A stretch of DNA of 28,603 bases, taken from assembly GCA_037446215.1 (NCBI GenBank), contig JBBIJB010000027.1:1-28603 (forward strand), read 5' to 3'. The stretch comes from Armatimonadota bacterium. Its GTDB lineage: Bacteria > Sysuimicrobiota > Sysuimicrobiia > Sysuimicrobiales > Humicultoraceae. Numbering within the stretch: the first letter of the stretch is position 1; the number at the start of each line of letters is the position of its first letter. Below, piece after piece: positions 20,093 through 27,800 of the stretch. The translations under genes and the position numbers were made by a program. The notes under the pieces are model-generated. The model ran no database searches and was not told where the DNA came from. It was given only the letters and a program-made list of their open reading frames with translations.

Positions 20093-20550
20093 TGAAAGCG
20101 GAGGCTAGGATCAGCGAGCTGGGGCTGCAGCTCCCCGTCGCGCCCCGACCGGTCGCCAACTACGTCCGCGTCGTGCGCACGGGCAACCTGCTCTTCGTCT
20201 CGGGGCACGGCCCCTACCGGGACGGCGCGCTGCAGTTCTTGGGAAAGGTCGGCGGCGAGATCACCCCGGAGGAGGGCTACGAGGCCGCCAAGCTGGTCGC
20301 GCTCAACTGCCTGGCATCGGTCAAGGACGCCCTGGGAGACCTGGATCGCGTCAGGAGGGTGGTGAAGCTGCTCGGCATGGTCAACGCCGTCCCCGGGTTC
20401 GAGGGGCACCCAGAGGTGATCAACGGCGCCTCCGACGTCCTGGTCCAGATATTCGGAGAGGCCGGACGCCACGCGCGCTCGGCGGTCGGCATGGCGTCGC
20501 TGCCGCGCAACATCTCGGTCGAGATCGAGATGGTGCTGGAGATAGACTAG
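20092..20550 (+). CDS. Rid/YjgF-family protein (Rid1-like imine deaminase)
   Basis: PVANYV, LFVSGHGP, INGASD, GRHARSAVG (catalytic Arg retained) and VEIE. ATG overlaps the ylbE stop (TGATG). Confidence 0.92.
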   Translation: MKAEARISELGLQLPVAPRPVANYVRVVRTGNLLFVSGHGPYRDGALQFLGKVGGEITPEEGYEAAKLVALNCLASVKDALGDLDRVRRVVKLLGMVNAVPGFEGHPEVINGASDVLVQIFGEAGRHARSAVGMASLPRNISVEIEMVLEID

Positions 20551-21304
20551 CCCCGCACACGAAACGTGATCGGCTCGCTCGCGCCCCGAACCGAGATCAC
20601 CGCCAGACGCGGGGCGATCGTCCGTATGACCTCCGCCGGGGTCGCGGCGTCGAACACGACCAGGTCGGCCGCTCCTCCCTCCTCAAGCCTGTGGTCGGTT
20701 AGGCCGAAGCAGGCTGCCGCCCGAGAGGTCACCATGTCGAGGAGCACGGCGAGCTCGTCGTGGCCGATGCATACGTTGATCCCTGCCGCGAGCAACTCCT
20801 TGACCCTCGTGAAGCCGCGGCGCACAGGGTAAGCGTCGAATCGGCCCTGCAGCACCGAGTTGTCCAGCGGGTTTGTGACGAAGTGTACGCCCGCGTGCCG
20901 TACCCATCCGATCAGACGGCTGGCGTAGGCGTTGTTGCACGAGTGCATGGCCGTGGTGTGGCACGACGTCACGCTCGCCGTAGTCGCGGGTCCACTCGTA
21001 GTGGGGTATGCCTCCCACCAGATCCGCGCCTGCCTCCAGCGCGCGCACGAGCAGCTCCTCTCCCCGCGGAAACGAGTAGATCCCCTGCTGGGGAAACGCG
21101 ACGATCTGCAAGGTGACGGTCTCGCGCCACCCCTCCCTGACCTCGACCATCGCCCTGAGCGCCGTCAGGTTGGGATCGCAGACATCAACGTGCGTCCTGA
21201 TGTGGGTGACGCCGCAGGTGGACGTGGGTCTCCACCGGGGAAGTTGTCACGAGCCTCCCGGCGGCGTCTACTTCCTGCGCTCCGCGCCCGGGGATCTCCG
21301 GCGC
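20547..21304 (-). pseudogene. codA: Cytosine deaminase (CodA-type amidohydrolase) pseudogene with multiple internal deletions
   Basis: Collinear CodA blocks in shifting frames: EVDAAGRLVTTSPVETHVHL | GVTHIRTHVDVCDPNLTALRAM...LQIVAFPQQG...GGIPHYEWTRDYG | HTTAMHS...NPLDNSVLQGRFDAYPVRRGFTRVKELLAAGINVCIGHD | ELAVLLDMVT...ADLVVFDA. The HCDE and DPWYPLG segments and the N-terminus are missing. Confidence 0.88.
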
Positions 21305-21332
21305 GCAGGTTATCGTCTCTGGCGCATTGAAT
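21305..21332 (+). promoter_or_regulatory. Putative sigma-H-type promoter of the cyclase operon (GCAGG-N19-GAAT)
   Basis: GCAGGttatcgtctctggcgcattGAAT, about 80 nt upstream of the cyclase start. Confidence 0.55.
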
Positions 21333-21414
21333 CAACCCCACCGGGGCGACCGCTCCGATCGTACCGCGACCAAACAGGCAGGTCCAGGTGATAGGAACCC
21401 ACGGAGGTGAGTTG

Positions 21415-22245
21415 ATGAAGCCGTTCGACCTATCGAGAGCGCGCGTGCTTGACCTGTCCCAGAACTTCAGCGTGGACTCTCCACCCTTCGCGTACTACGA
21501 GGGCCCGACGATCAAGTGGGTCAAGAAGATGGCGTTCGAGGGCGTCAACGCCCAGCACATCAGCAGCACCAACCACATCGCGACGCATCTCGATGCCCCC
21601 CTACACTTCAACGACCCGGGCCCGGACGTGGCAGGGATACCGCTGGCCACGCTGGTCGGGCCGGCCTGCATAGTAGACCTCCAGCAGTTTGGGATCGGCG
21701 ACTACCAGATCTACGGACCGAAGCACTTCGAGGAGTGGGAGAAGAAGTACAACACCAAGATCGAGCGGGGCGACATCCTTGTCATCCACACCGGATACCA
21801 CGCCTACTACAACGAGGACTGGTCTATGGAAACGAAGAAGCAGCATCCCGACGCCGGCGCCGACCTGCCGCGCTCGTTCCTGCGCCACCCCGGGCCGCAG
21901 GCCGAGTTCTGCGACTGGGTGCTCGATCGGGGCATCAGCTGGATGGCCATCGATGCCATCTCGACGGCCCATCCGTTCAACACGAAGGTCAGGGACGCCA
22001 GGCGCGACCTGATTCCCGAGGTTGAGGCCAAGATCGGGATGTCGATGGATGAGGCGTTCCCCTGGCCGAAGGACTATCAGGCCACCCACACCAAGCTCTT
22101 CCCCAAGGGTGTGTTCCACATAGAGAACGCGGGCGGAGAGATCGACCTGGTCCTCAACCAGCGCGTATGGGTGGGGTGCTTCCCCTTCAGGTTCAAGGGG
22201 GGCGAGGCGGCGTTCTGCCGGTTCGTGGCGTTCGTCGAAGGGTAA
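21415..22245 (+). CDS. Cyclase-family metal-dependent amidohydrolase (kynurenine formamidase/isatin hydrolase-like)
   Basis: VLDLSQ, HIATHLDAPLH (HxGTHxDxPxH variant), IERGDILVIHTG, H...HIEN and FPFRFKGGEAAFCR. GGAGGTG precedes ATG 21415. Confidence 0.9.
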   Translation: MKPFDLSRARVLDLSQNFSVDSPPFAYYEGPTIKWVKKMAFEGVNAQHISSTNHIATHLDAPLHFNDPGPDVAGIPLATLVGPACIVDLQQFGIGDYQIYGPKHFEEWEKKYNTKIERGDILVIHTGYHAYYNEDWSMETKKQHPDAGADLPRSFLRHPGPQAEFCDWVLDRGISWMAIDAISTAHPFNTKVRDARRDLIPEVEAKIGMSMDEAFPWPKDYQATHTKLFPKGVFHIENAGGEIDLVLNQRVWVGCFPFRFKGGEAAFCRFVAFVEG

Positions 22246-22254
22246 GCGATCCGC

Positions 22255-23442
22255 GTGAAGACCCCACTCGAAGACCTGCTCGTTGTGGATCTCACGCGTG
22301 CTCTCGCAGGTCCTTACTGCACCCTGATGCTGGGCGACTTCGGCGCCCGCGTCGTGAAGGTCGAGGTCCCCGAAACGGGTGACGACACCCGCGGCTGGGG
22401 ACCTCCCTTCGTCGGGGGCGAGAGCACCTACTTCCTGAGCGTCAACCGTAACAAGCAGAGCCTCACCCTCAACCTCAAGCACCCGCAGGGGCAGAGCATC
22501 CTCTGGCGCCTTGTGGAGCGCGCAGACGTGTTGGTGGAGAACTTCCGCCCTGGGATCATGGGGCGCCTGGGGTTCCCCTACCAGGCCGTTGCCGCGGCCA
22601 ACCCCGGCCTCGTCTACTGCGCGATCTCCGGGTTCGGCCAGGACGGCCCTTACAGGGAGCGCACGGCCTACGATCTCATAGTCCAGGGGATGGGCGGGCT
22701 GATGGGGATCACCGGCGACGAGGGCGGGGCTCCCGTGAAGGTGGGGGTGGCCATAACGGACATCGCCGCCGGGATGTTCGCCGCCTACGGGATCCTGGCG
22801 GCGCTCCGGGTCCGCGACCGCACCGGGAGGGGCCAGTTCGTGGACGTCTCGATGATGGATGGCCAGGTGGCGTGGAAGACCTACCAGGCCGGGAACTTCT
22901 TCGCCACCGGCGAGAACCCGAAGAGGCTGGGCAGCGCCCATCCCTCGATCGTCCCCTATCAGGCCTTCAGGACCGCCGACGGCTACGTCAACGTGGCCGT
23001 GGGCAGCGAGGCGATTTGGGGCCGCTTCGCCTCCACGGTGGGTGCGCCGGAGCTGGCGACCGATCCCCGATTCCGGACCAACAAGGACCGCGTCGCCGGC
23101 CGCGACGCCTTGATAGCGCTGCTCGAGCCCCTCCTTGCCGGCAGGACCACGGCGGAGTGGGTCGCGGTCTTCGAGGAGGCGGGGGTGCCCAGCGGCCCCA
23201 TCTACTCGCTCTCGGAGCTCTTCGGCGATCCTCAGGTCCGCCACCGTCGAATGGTGGCGGAGGTCAGGCATCCGAAGGCGGGGGCGATCGGCCAGACAGG
23301 GATCCCCGTCGCGCTCTCAAAGACGCCGGGTAGGATTGCGGCTCCCCCGCCGGTGCTGGGGGAGCATACCGAGGCGATCCTCGCAGAGCTCGGCTATCCA
23401 CCCGAGGAGGTCGCCGCGCTACGCGTCGACGGGGCGATCTAG
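22255..23442 (+). CDS. Class III CoA-transferase (CaiB/BaiF/Frc family)
   Basis: DLTRALAGPYCT, GDDTR, NRNKQS, ADVLVENFRPG, ISGFGQDGPY, AYDLIVQ, catalytic Asp in AITDIAAG and LGEHT. Confidence 0.95.
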   Translation: MKTPLEDLLVVDLTRALAGPYCTLMLGDFGARVVKVEVPETGDDTRGWGPPFVGGESTYFLSVNRNKQSLTLNLKHPQGQSILWRLVERADVLVENFRPGIMGRLGFPYQAVAAANPGLVYCAISGFGQDGPYRERTAYDLIVQGMGGLMGITGDEGGAPVKVGVAITDIAAGMFAAYGILAALRVRDRTGRGQFVDVSMMDGQVAWKTYQAGNFFATGENPKRLGSAHPSIVPYQAFRTADGYVNVAVGSEAIWGRFASTVGAPELATDPRFRTNKDRVAGRDALIALLEPLLAGRTTAEWVAVFEEAGVPSGPIYSLSELFGDPQVRHRRMVAEVRHPKAGAIGQTGIPVALSKTPGRIAAPPPVLGEHTEAILAELGYPPEEVAALRVDGAI

Positions 23443-23489
23443 AGGGCCGCATCGGCCCAGGCTGAGTCGGCGGGAATCTGGGAGGGGCC

Positions 23490-25211
23490 ATGACCCGGAA
23501 CGAGAGTTGCGGCAGTTGCGGGCTAGCCACCCCACGCGACGGGCTTCGCGGGGCGCTTTGGACATGCTCCTCTTGCGGCCACCACTTCTCGATGCCCGCA
23601 AGGGACAGGATCGACTCCCTCGTAGACCCCCGGTCGTTCAAGGAGTTGGCAAAGGGCCTGGTGTCGGTCGACCCGCTCCGCTTCTCGGACAAACGCGCCT
23701 ACCGGGCGCGGCTGCTGGAGGCGCGGAGGCAGACGGGCCTGCGGGAGGCGGTGGTCACCGGCATCGCGAAGCTGGACGGCCTCCCGGTGGTCCTGGCGGT
23801 CTTCGACTTCGCGTTCCTCGGAGGCACGATGGGCTCGGCCGTGGGGGAGAAGATCGCCGATGCGTTCGAGGTGGCGACGCGCAGGCGATGGCCAGTGGTC
23901 TCGGTCGCGTCAAGCGGCGGCGCCCGCATGCAGGAGGGGATGCTGTCGCTGCTGCAGATGGCGAAGACCTCGGCCGCGCGCGCGCGCCACCACGCGGCAG
24001 GCCTGGCGCACATCTCGGTTCTCACCAACCCGACGTTCGGCGGCGTGGCGGCGAGCTTCGCCTCGCTCGGTGACGTGCTGATCGCGGAGCCGGGAGCGCA
24101 GGTGGGATTCGTAGGGCCGCGCGTGATAGAGGCTACGCTCAAAGAGACGTTGCCTCCCGAGTCGCACCGTGCCGAGCGGTTGTTCGCCGGGGGAATGGTT
24201 GACCTCCTGGTAGGCAGGCGTGAGCTCCGCGAGACCATCTCGTATCTGGTGCGCCACCTGCGACGCACACGCCGCCCGCGGGGGCGAGCGAGGAGGGAGC
24301 ATGCTCCGGCGCCCGAGCGGGCAGCGGGCACCCCTGCCTGGGAGGTAGTCAAGCTCGCCCGGCGCCCCGACCGCCCAACGACCATGTCTCACATCGGCAG
24401 GTTGCTCGCCCGGTTTGCGGAGTTGCACGGCGACAGGCAGTTCGGCGACGATCCCGCGGTAGTAGGCGGGCTGGGTGAGATCGACGGGCACACGGTCGTG
24501 GTCGTGGGCCAGGAGCGGGGAGCGACCCCAGAGGAGGCGGAGCGGCGCAGAGGGGGCATGGCCTATCCGGAAGGCTACCGCAAGGCCCTCCGCCTGATGC
24601 ACCTCGCCGCGAAGTTCCGGCTTCCCCTGGTAACCTTCATAGACACCCCCGGCGCCTATCCGGGCTACGAGGCCGAGCAGCGCGGGGTCGCGCAGGCGTT
24701 GGCCCACAATCTCCAGGCGATGGCGCTGCTGCCCACGCCGATCGTGGCAGTGGTGGTGGGAGAGGGCGGCAGCGGAGGCGCGCTGGCACTCGGCGTCGGG
24801 GACCGTGTGCTGATGATGGAGAACGCCTACTTCTCCGTCATCTCGCCGGAGGGCGCCTCCGCGATCCTTTACAGGGACCCATCCCGGGCCGCAGATCTTG
24901 CCGCGGCGCTGAAGCTCACGGCACCTGACCTATTGAGGCTCGGGATCATAGACGAGATAGTGGCCGAGCCCCCGGGCGGCGCCCACACGGATCCCGCCGC
25001 CGCGACGGAGATGCTGCGAGGGCGGATCGTCTCGGCTCTTGACGCCCTGGAGCCGGTTTCCCCCGAGAGGCTGGTGCGCCGGCGCTACGAGAAGTACCGG
25101 GGAATCGGTCAGGTTGGCAGGTACTGGCGAGAGGTCGTGCTGGGCGAGGTGGGGGACGTCGTGGAGAGACTCGAACGCCGCCTGCCCCGACGCGGAGGCC
25201 CTGAAGGGTAG
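23490..25211 (+). CDS. accDA: Fused acyl-CoA carboxylase carboxyltransferase beta-alpha (AccD-AccA fusion)
   Basis: N-half: C4 zinc finger (CGSC...CSSC), GGTMG, SGGARMQEG, PTFGGVAAS, GFVGPRVI. C-half: ELHGDRQFGDD, PEGYRKALR, FIDTPGAYPG, GEGGSGGALA, SVISPEG, EPPGGAH. One uninterrupted ORF with an Arg-rich linker. Confidence 0.93.
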   Translation: MTRNESCGSCGLATPRDGLRGALWTCSSCGHHFSMPARDRIDSLVDPRSFKELAKGLVSVDPLRFSDKRAYRARLLEARRQTGLREAVVTGIAKLDGLPVVLAVFDFAFLGGTMGSAVGEKIADAFEVATRRRWPVVSVASSGGARMQEGMLSLLQMAKTSAARARHHAAGLAHISVLTNPTFGGVAASFASLGDVLIAEPGAQVGFVGPRVIEATLKETLPPESHRAERLFAGGMVDLLVGRRELRETISYLVRHLRRTRRPRGRARREHAPAPERAAGTPAWEVVKLARRPDRPTTMSHIGRLLARFAELHGDRQFGDDPAVVGGLGEIDGHTVVVVGQERGATPEEAERRRGGMAYPEGYRKALRLMHLAAKFRLPLVTFIDTPGAYPGYEAEQRGVAQALAHNLQAMALLPTPIVAVVVGEGGSGGALALGVGDRVLMMENAYFSVISPEGASAILYRDPSRAADLAAALKLTAPDLLRLGIIDEIVAEPPGGAHTDPAAATEMLRGRIVSALDALEPVSPERLVRRRYEKYRGIGQVGRYWREVVLGEVGDVVERLERRLPRRGGPEG

Positions 25212-25230
25212 AGGGCGGGAGGCGTCGAAC
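25203..25230 (+). promoter_or_regulatory. Putative sigma-H-type promoter of the NCS2 permease (GAAGG-N19-GAAC)
   Basis: GAAGGgtagagggcgggaggcgtcGAAC spans the accDA stop and lies about 190 nt upstream of the permease start. Confidence 0.45.
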
Positions 25231-25422
25231 CAAACGCAAGTCCCAGGACAGAATGCGACGCGGCGCCCGGGCTCCTGCCAGACCTTTGGGCAGCACACCG
25301 TTGCGGCCACGCGCGTTCGAGGGACGGGTGAGCACGATCACCCGGGCAGGGAGACGCAAGCAGGGGAGGTGATCGCAGAGACCGCAGGAGGGCAGTCTTC
25401 CACCAAGAAGGGGGGCGGATAG

Positions 25423-26832
25423 ATGGCAACGGAAGTCCGCAGGGGAGAGCTCATCTACAGCATCGATGACATCCCCCGCCCGTTCAGCAGAGCCTTCTTC
25501 CTAGGTGTGCAGCACGTCCTCACGATGTTTGGGGCCACCGTATCGGTCCCGCTACTCCTCGGGCCGGCGATGGGTTTGAGCCAGGCCCAGATCGCGACCC
25601 TGGTTGGGTCGGTCATGCTGGCCTCCGGCGTAGTCACCCTGCTTCAGGTCCACTGGGGATCTCGCCTGCCGATCGTCCAGGGGGTCTCGTTCTCCTTCCT
25701 AGGCCCCTTCTTCGCGATCATCGGCCAACACAAGGGTCCCCTCGCGATGCAGTACATCGCCGGCGCCATAATGACGGGCAGCATCGTCGAGATGGCGGTC
25801 GGCCACTTCCGCTGGATCGGCAAGCTGCGTCGGTTCATAAGCCCCGTCGTCATCGGGCCGGTGATCATGCTGATCGGCCTGGCGCTGTTCAAGGTGGGCG
25901 CGCCCAAGGCCGGAACCTACTGGCCGATCGCCGCGCTGGTAATCGTGTGCATATTCTGGTTCTCGCAGTTCCTGTCGCGGAGCAGCATGTTGTTCAGGCT
26001 GTTCCCGATCCTGTTGGCGGTGCTGGTAGGGTGGCTGGTATCGTGGTTCTTCAGCGCGATCGGCAGCTTCGGGCCGGAGCACCCCGCCTACGTGAGCCTC
26101 CAGGTAGTGCGGGAGTCGAAATGGTTCCGTCCACCGTGGGGCGAGGCCGGATGGATCCTGCCGTGGGGCTTCCCCAAGTTCAGCCTAGCGTTCTTCCTGG
26201 CGATCCTAGCCAGCTACCTCGCATCGATGATCGAGTCGTTCGGGGACTACCACTCGGTCTCCTACATGAGCCGGCTCTCTGACCCCAGCGAGGAGTTGAT
26301 CAACAAGGGGATCCGCGCGGAGGGCGCGGGCTGCTTCTTCACCGGCCTCTTCGGCGGGTTTGCCAGCACCAGCTACTCCGAGAACATCGGGCTGATCGGG
26401 ATCACGAGGGTCGCGAGCCGCTACGTCGTGACCGTCGGAGCGTTCGTCCTGATCTTCCTCGGTGTCTTCGGCAAGTTCGGCGCCCTGGCCGCCACGCTGC
26501 CCGGACCGGTGGTGGGCGCGATGTACTGCGCGCTCTTCGGGCTCATCGCCGCAATCGGCGTTCAGCAGGTGGCGAGGGCCGACCTGCGCAGCGACCGCAA
26601 CCTCCTGATAGTCGGCTTCTCCCTGTTCATGGGCCTGAGCCTTCCGGCCTACTTCACCGGCGTGCCGGAGCTCGGCTTCGCGGCCAACAAGGTGGTGATA
26701 GCGGGAGCGCCCTGGCTCGCAGAGATGATCAACATCATCGGATCCACCGGGATGGCCGTGGCGGCCATCTTCGGGCTGATCCTCGACAACCTGCTGCCCG
26801 GCTCGCCCGAGGAGAGGGGCATCGGGAGCTAG
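25423..26832 (+). CDS. NCS2/NAT nucleobase:cation symporter (uracil-xanthine permease family)
   Basis: GVQHVLTMFG, RLPIVQGVSF, VIGPVIMLIG, ESFGD, NAT motif SYSENIGLIGITRVASR and about 13 hydrophobic segments. Confidence 0.95.
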   Translation: MATEVRRGELIYSIDDIPRPFSRAFFLGVQHVLTMFGATVSVPLLLGPAMGLSQAQIATLVGSVMLASGVVTLLQVHWGSRLPIVQGVSFSFLGPFFAIIGQHKGPLAMQYIAGAIMTGSIVEMAVGHFRWIGKLRRFISPVVIGPVIMLIGLALFKVGAPKAGTYWPIAALVIVCIFWFSQFLSRSSMLFRLFPILLAVLVGWLVSWFFSAIGSFGPEHPAYVSLQVVRESKWFRPPWGEAGWILPWGFPKFSLAFFLAILASYLASMIESFGDYHSVSYMSRLSDPSEELINKGIRAEGAGCFFTGLFGGFASTSYSENIGLIGITRVASRYVVTVGAFVLIFLGVFGKFGALAATLPGPVVGAMYCALFGLIAAIGVQQVARADLRSDRNLLIVGFSLFMGLSLPAYFTGVPELGFAANKVVIAGAPWLAEMINIIGSTGMAVAAIFGLILDNLLPGSPEERGIGS

Positions 26833-26854
26833 CGGCAAGGGTCCGACCGGGGGA

Positions 26855-26881
26855 GTCCTTCGAGGCAGGCCCTCGGAGGAC
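26855..26881. terminator. Hairpin between the convergent NCS2 and EamA genes
   Basis: GTCCTTCGAGG-caggc-CCTCGGAGGAC: 11-bp stem with one G-T pair, no U-tract. Confidence 0.5.
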
Positions 26882-26903
26882 GGATAGGCCGGCGGGGCGT
26901 CTG

Positions 26904-27800
26904 TCAGATCGACGGACGCCCCGCCGCGCTTTGGGGAGGGCGCGGCGGGAAGAGCTGGAGCGAGGCGATCGATGCCAGGATCAGCGCAGCGCCGGCGATC
27001 CCACGCCCGGTGAGAGTCTCACCCAGCAGCAGCGCCGCCGCAACCGCTGCGACGACCGGCTCGAGCGTCGCGGTCAGGCTCGCGGTCCGGCTGTCTATGA
27101 AGCGCAGCCCGCCCAGGAAGAGCCCGAAGGGCAGGAGCGTGGCGAAGACAACGATGAAGGCGATCAAGCCCCACTCCTGTAGGGTGTAGGGCTGCAGGTA
27201 GGCCCTCCAGGGAGGAACGTAGAGGCTCCAGAGCACCGCCCCTGCGCCGAACGCGTACAGCAGCATCTCCCAGGGGGTCAGCTTGTTGCCCTGTGACCGC
27301 CCAATCAGGACCCACGCGGCAAATCCCGCGGCCGATGCGATTCCTGCGATCGCCGCCTTCGGGGTCACGGCCAGGCCCTCCGGACCGACCACCAGCAGGT
27401 AACCCCCAAGGAGAGCGCCCGCCAGCGCTATCAGCTGGGCCGCCGTCAGCCGCTCGCGGAGCATCAGCGCCCCGTAGGTCATCACAAGCGCGGGCGCGGT
27501 GTATTGGAGGAAGATCGCCGTCGTCACGCTCGCCAGGTTGATGGTGACGTAGTACGTGGACTGCGTGAACGCGATAGCCGCCCCTAGGGGGATGAGCCGG
27601 ACGGCAGCGCCAGTTGGGATCCGAATCCGCCACCCCCTCACGAGGAAGACGGCCAGCGTCAGGACGAAGACCCCGGTCAGCCTTATCTCGACGAGCGCGA
27701 GGGGGTCCACCGCGCCCGAGAACAGCGATTTGGCGACCACACCTGCCACGCCCCACAGCATGGCAGCGGCGATCACGGCGGCGTAGCCCTTCCAGTGCAT
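26904..27800 (-). CDS. EamA/DMT-family transporter
   Basis: AAMLWG, LQYTAPA, LRERLT, TLEPVVA and LLGETLT, about 10 TM segments. ATG directly follows the DUF2877 stop. Confidence 0.93.
   Translation of the reverse strand: MHWKGYAAVIAAAMLWGVAGVVAKSLFSGAVDPLALVEIRLTGVFVLTLAVFLVRGWRIRIPTGAAVRLIPLGAAIAFTQSTYYVTINLASVTTAIFLQYTAPALVMTYGALMLRERLTAAQLIALAGALLGGYLLVVGPEGLAVTPKAAIAGIASAAGFAAWVLIGRSQGNKLTPWEMLLYAFGAGAVLWSLYVPPWRAYLQPYTLQEWGLIAFIVVFATLLPFGLFLGGLRFIDSRTASLTATLEPVVAAVAAALLLGETLTGRGIAGAALILASIASLQLFPPRPPQSAAGRPSI

Noticed and set aside
20683..21150. Programmed frameshift or split-gene explanation for codA
   Set aside because: Essential metal-binding and catalytic segments are physically absent, and no slippery sequence occurs at the junctions.
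21601..23271. 556-aa minus-strand ORF (also 17003-18367, 14388-15734, 12169-13245 and others)
   Set aside because: Antisense shadows of well-supported genes, expected from GC-rich codon bias. No motifs or RBS.
25369..25422. Small uORF (MIAETAGGQSSTKKGGG) ending right at the NCS2 start
   Set aside because: Its GTG lies inside the SD-like sequence, and the peptide has no attenuator-like codon bias; no support without conservation data.
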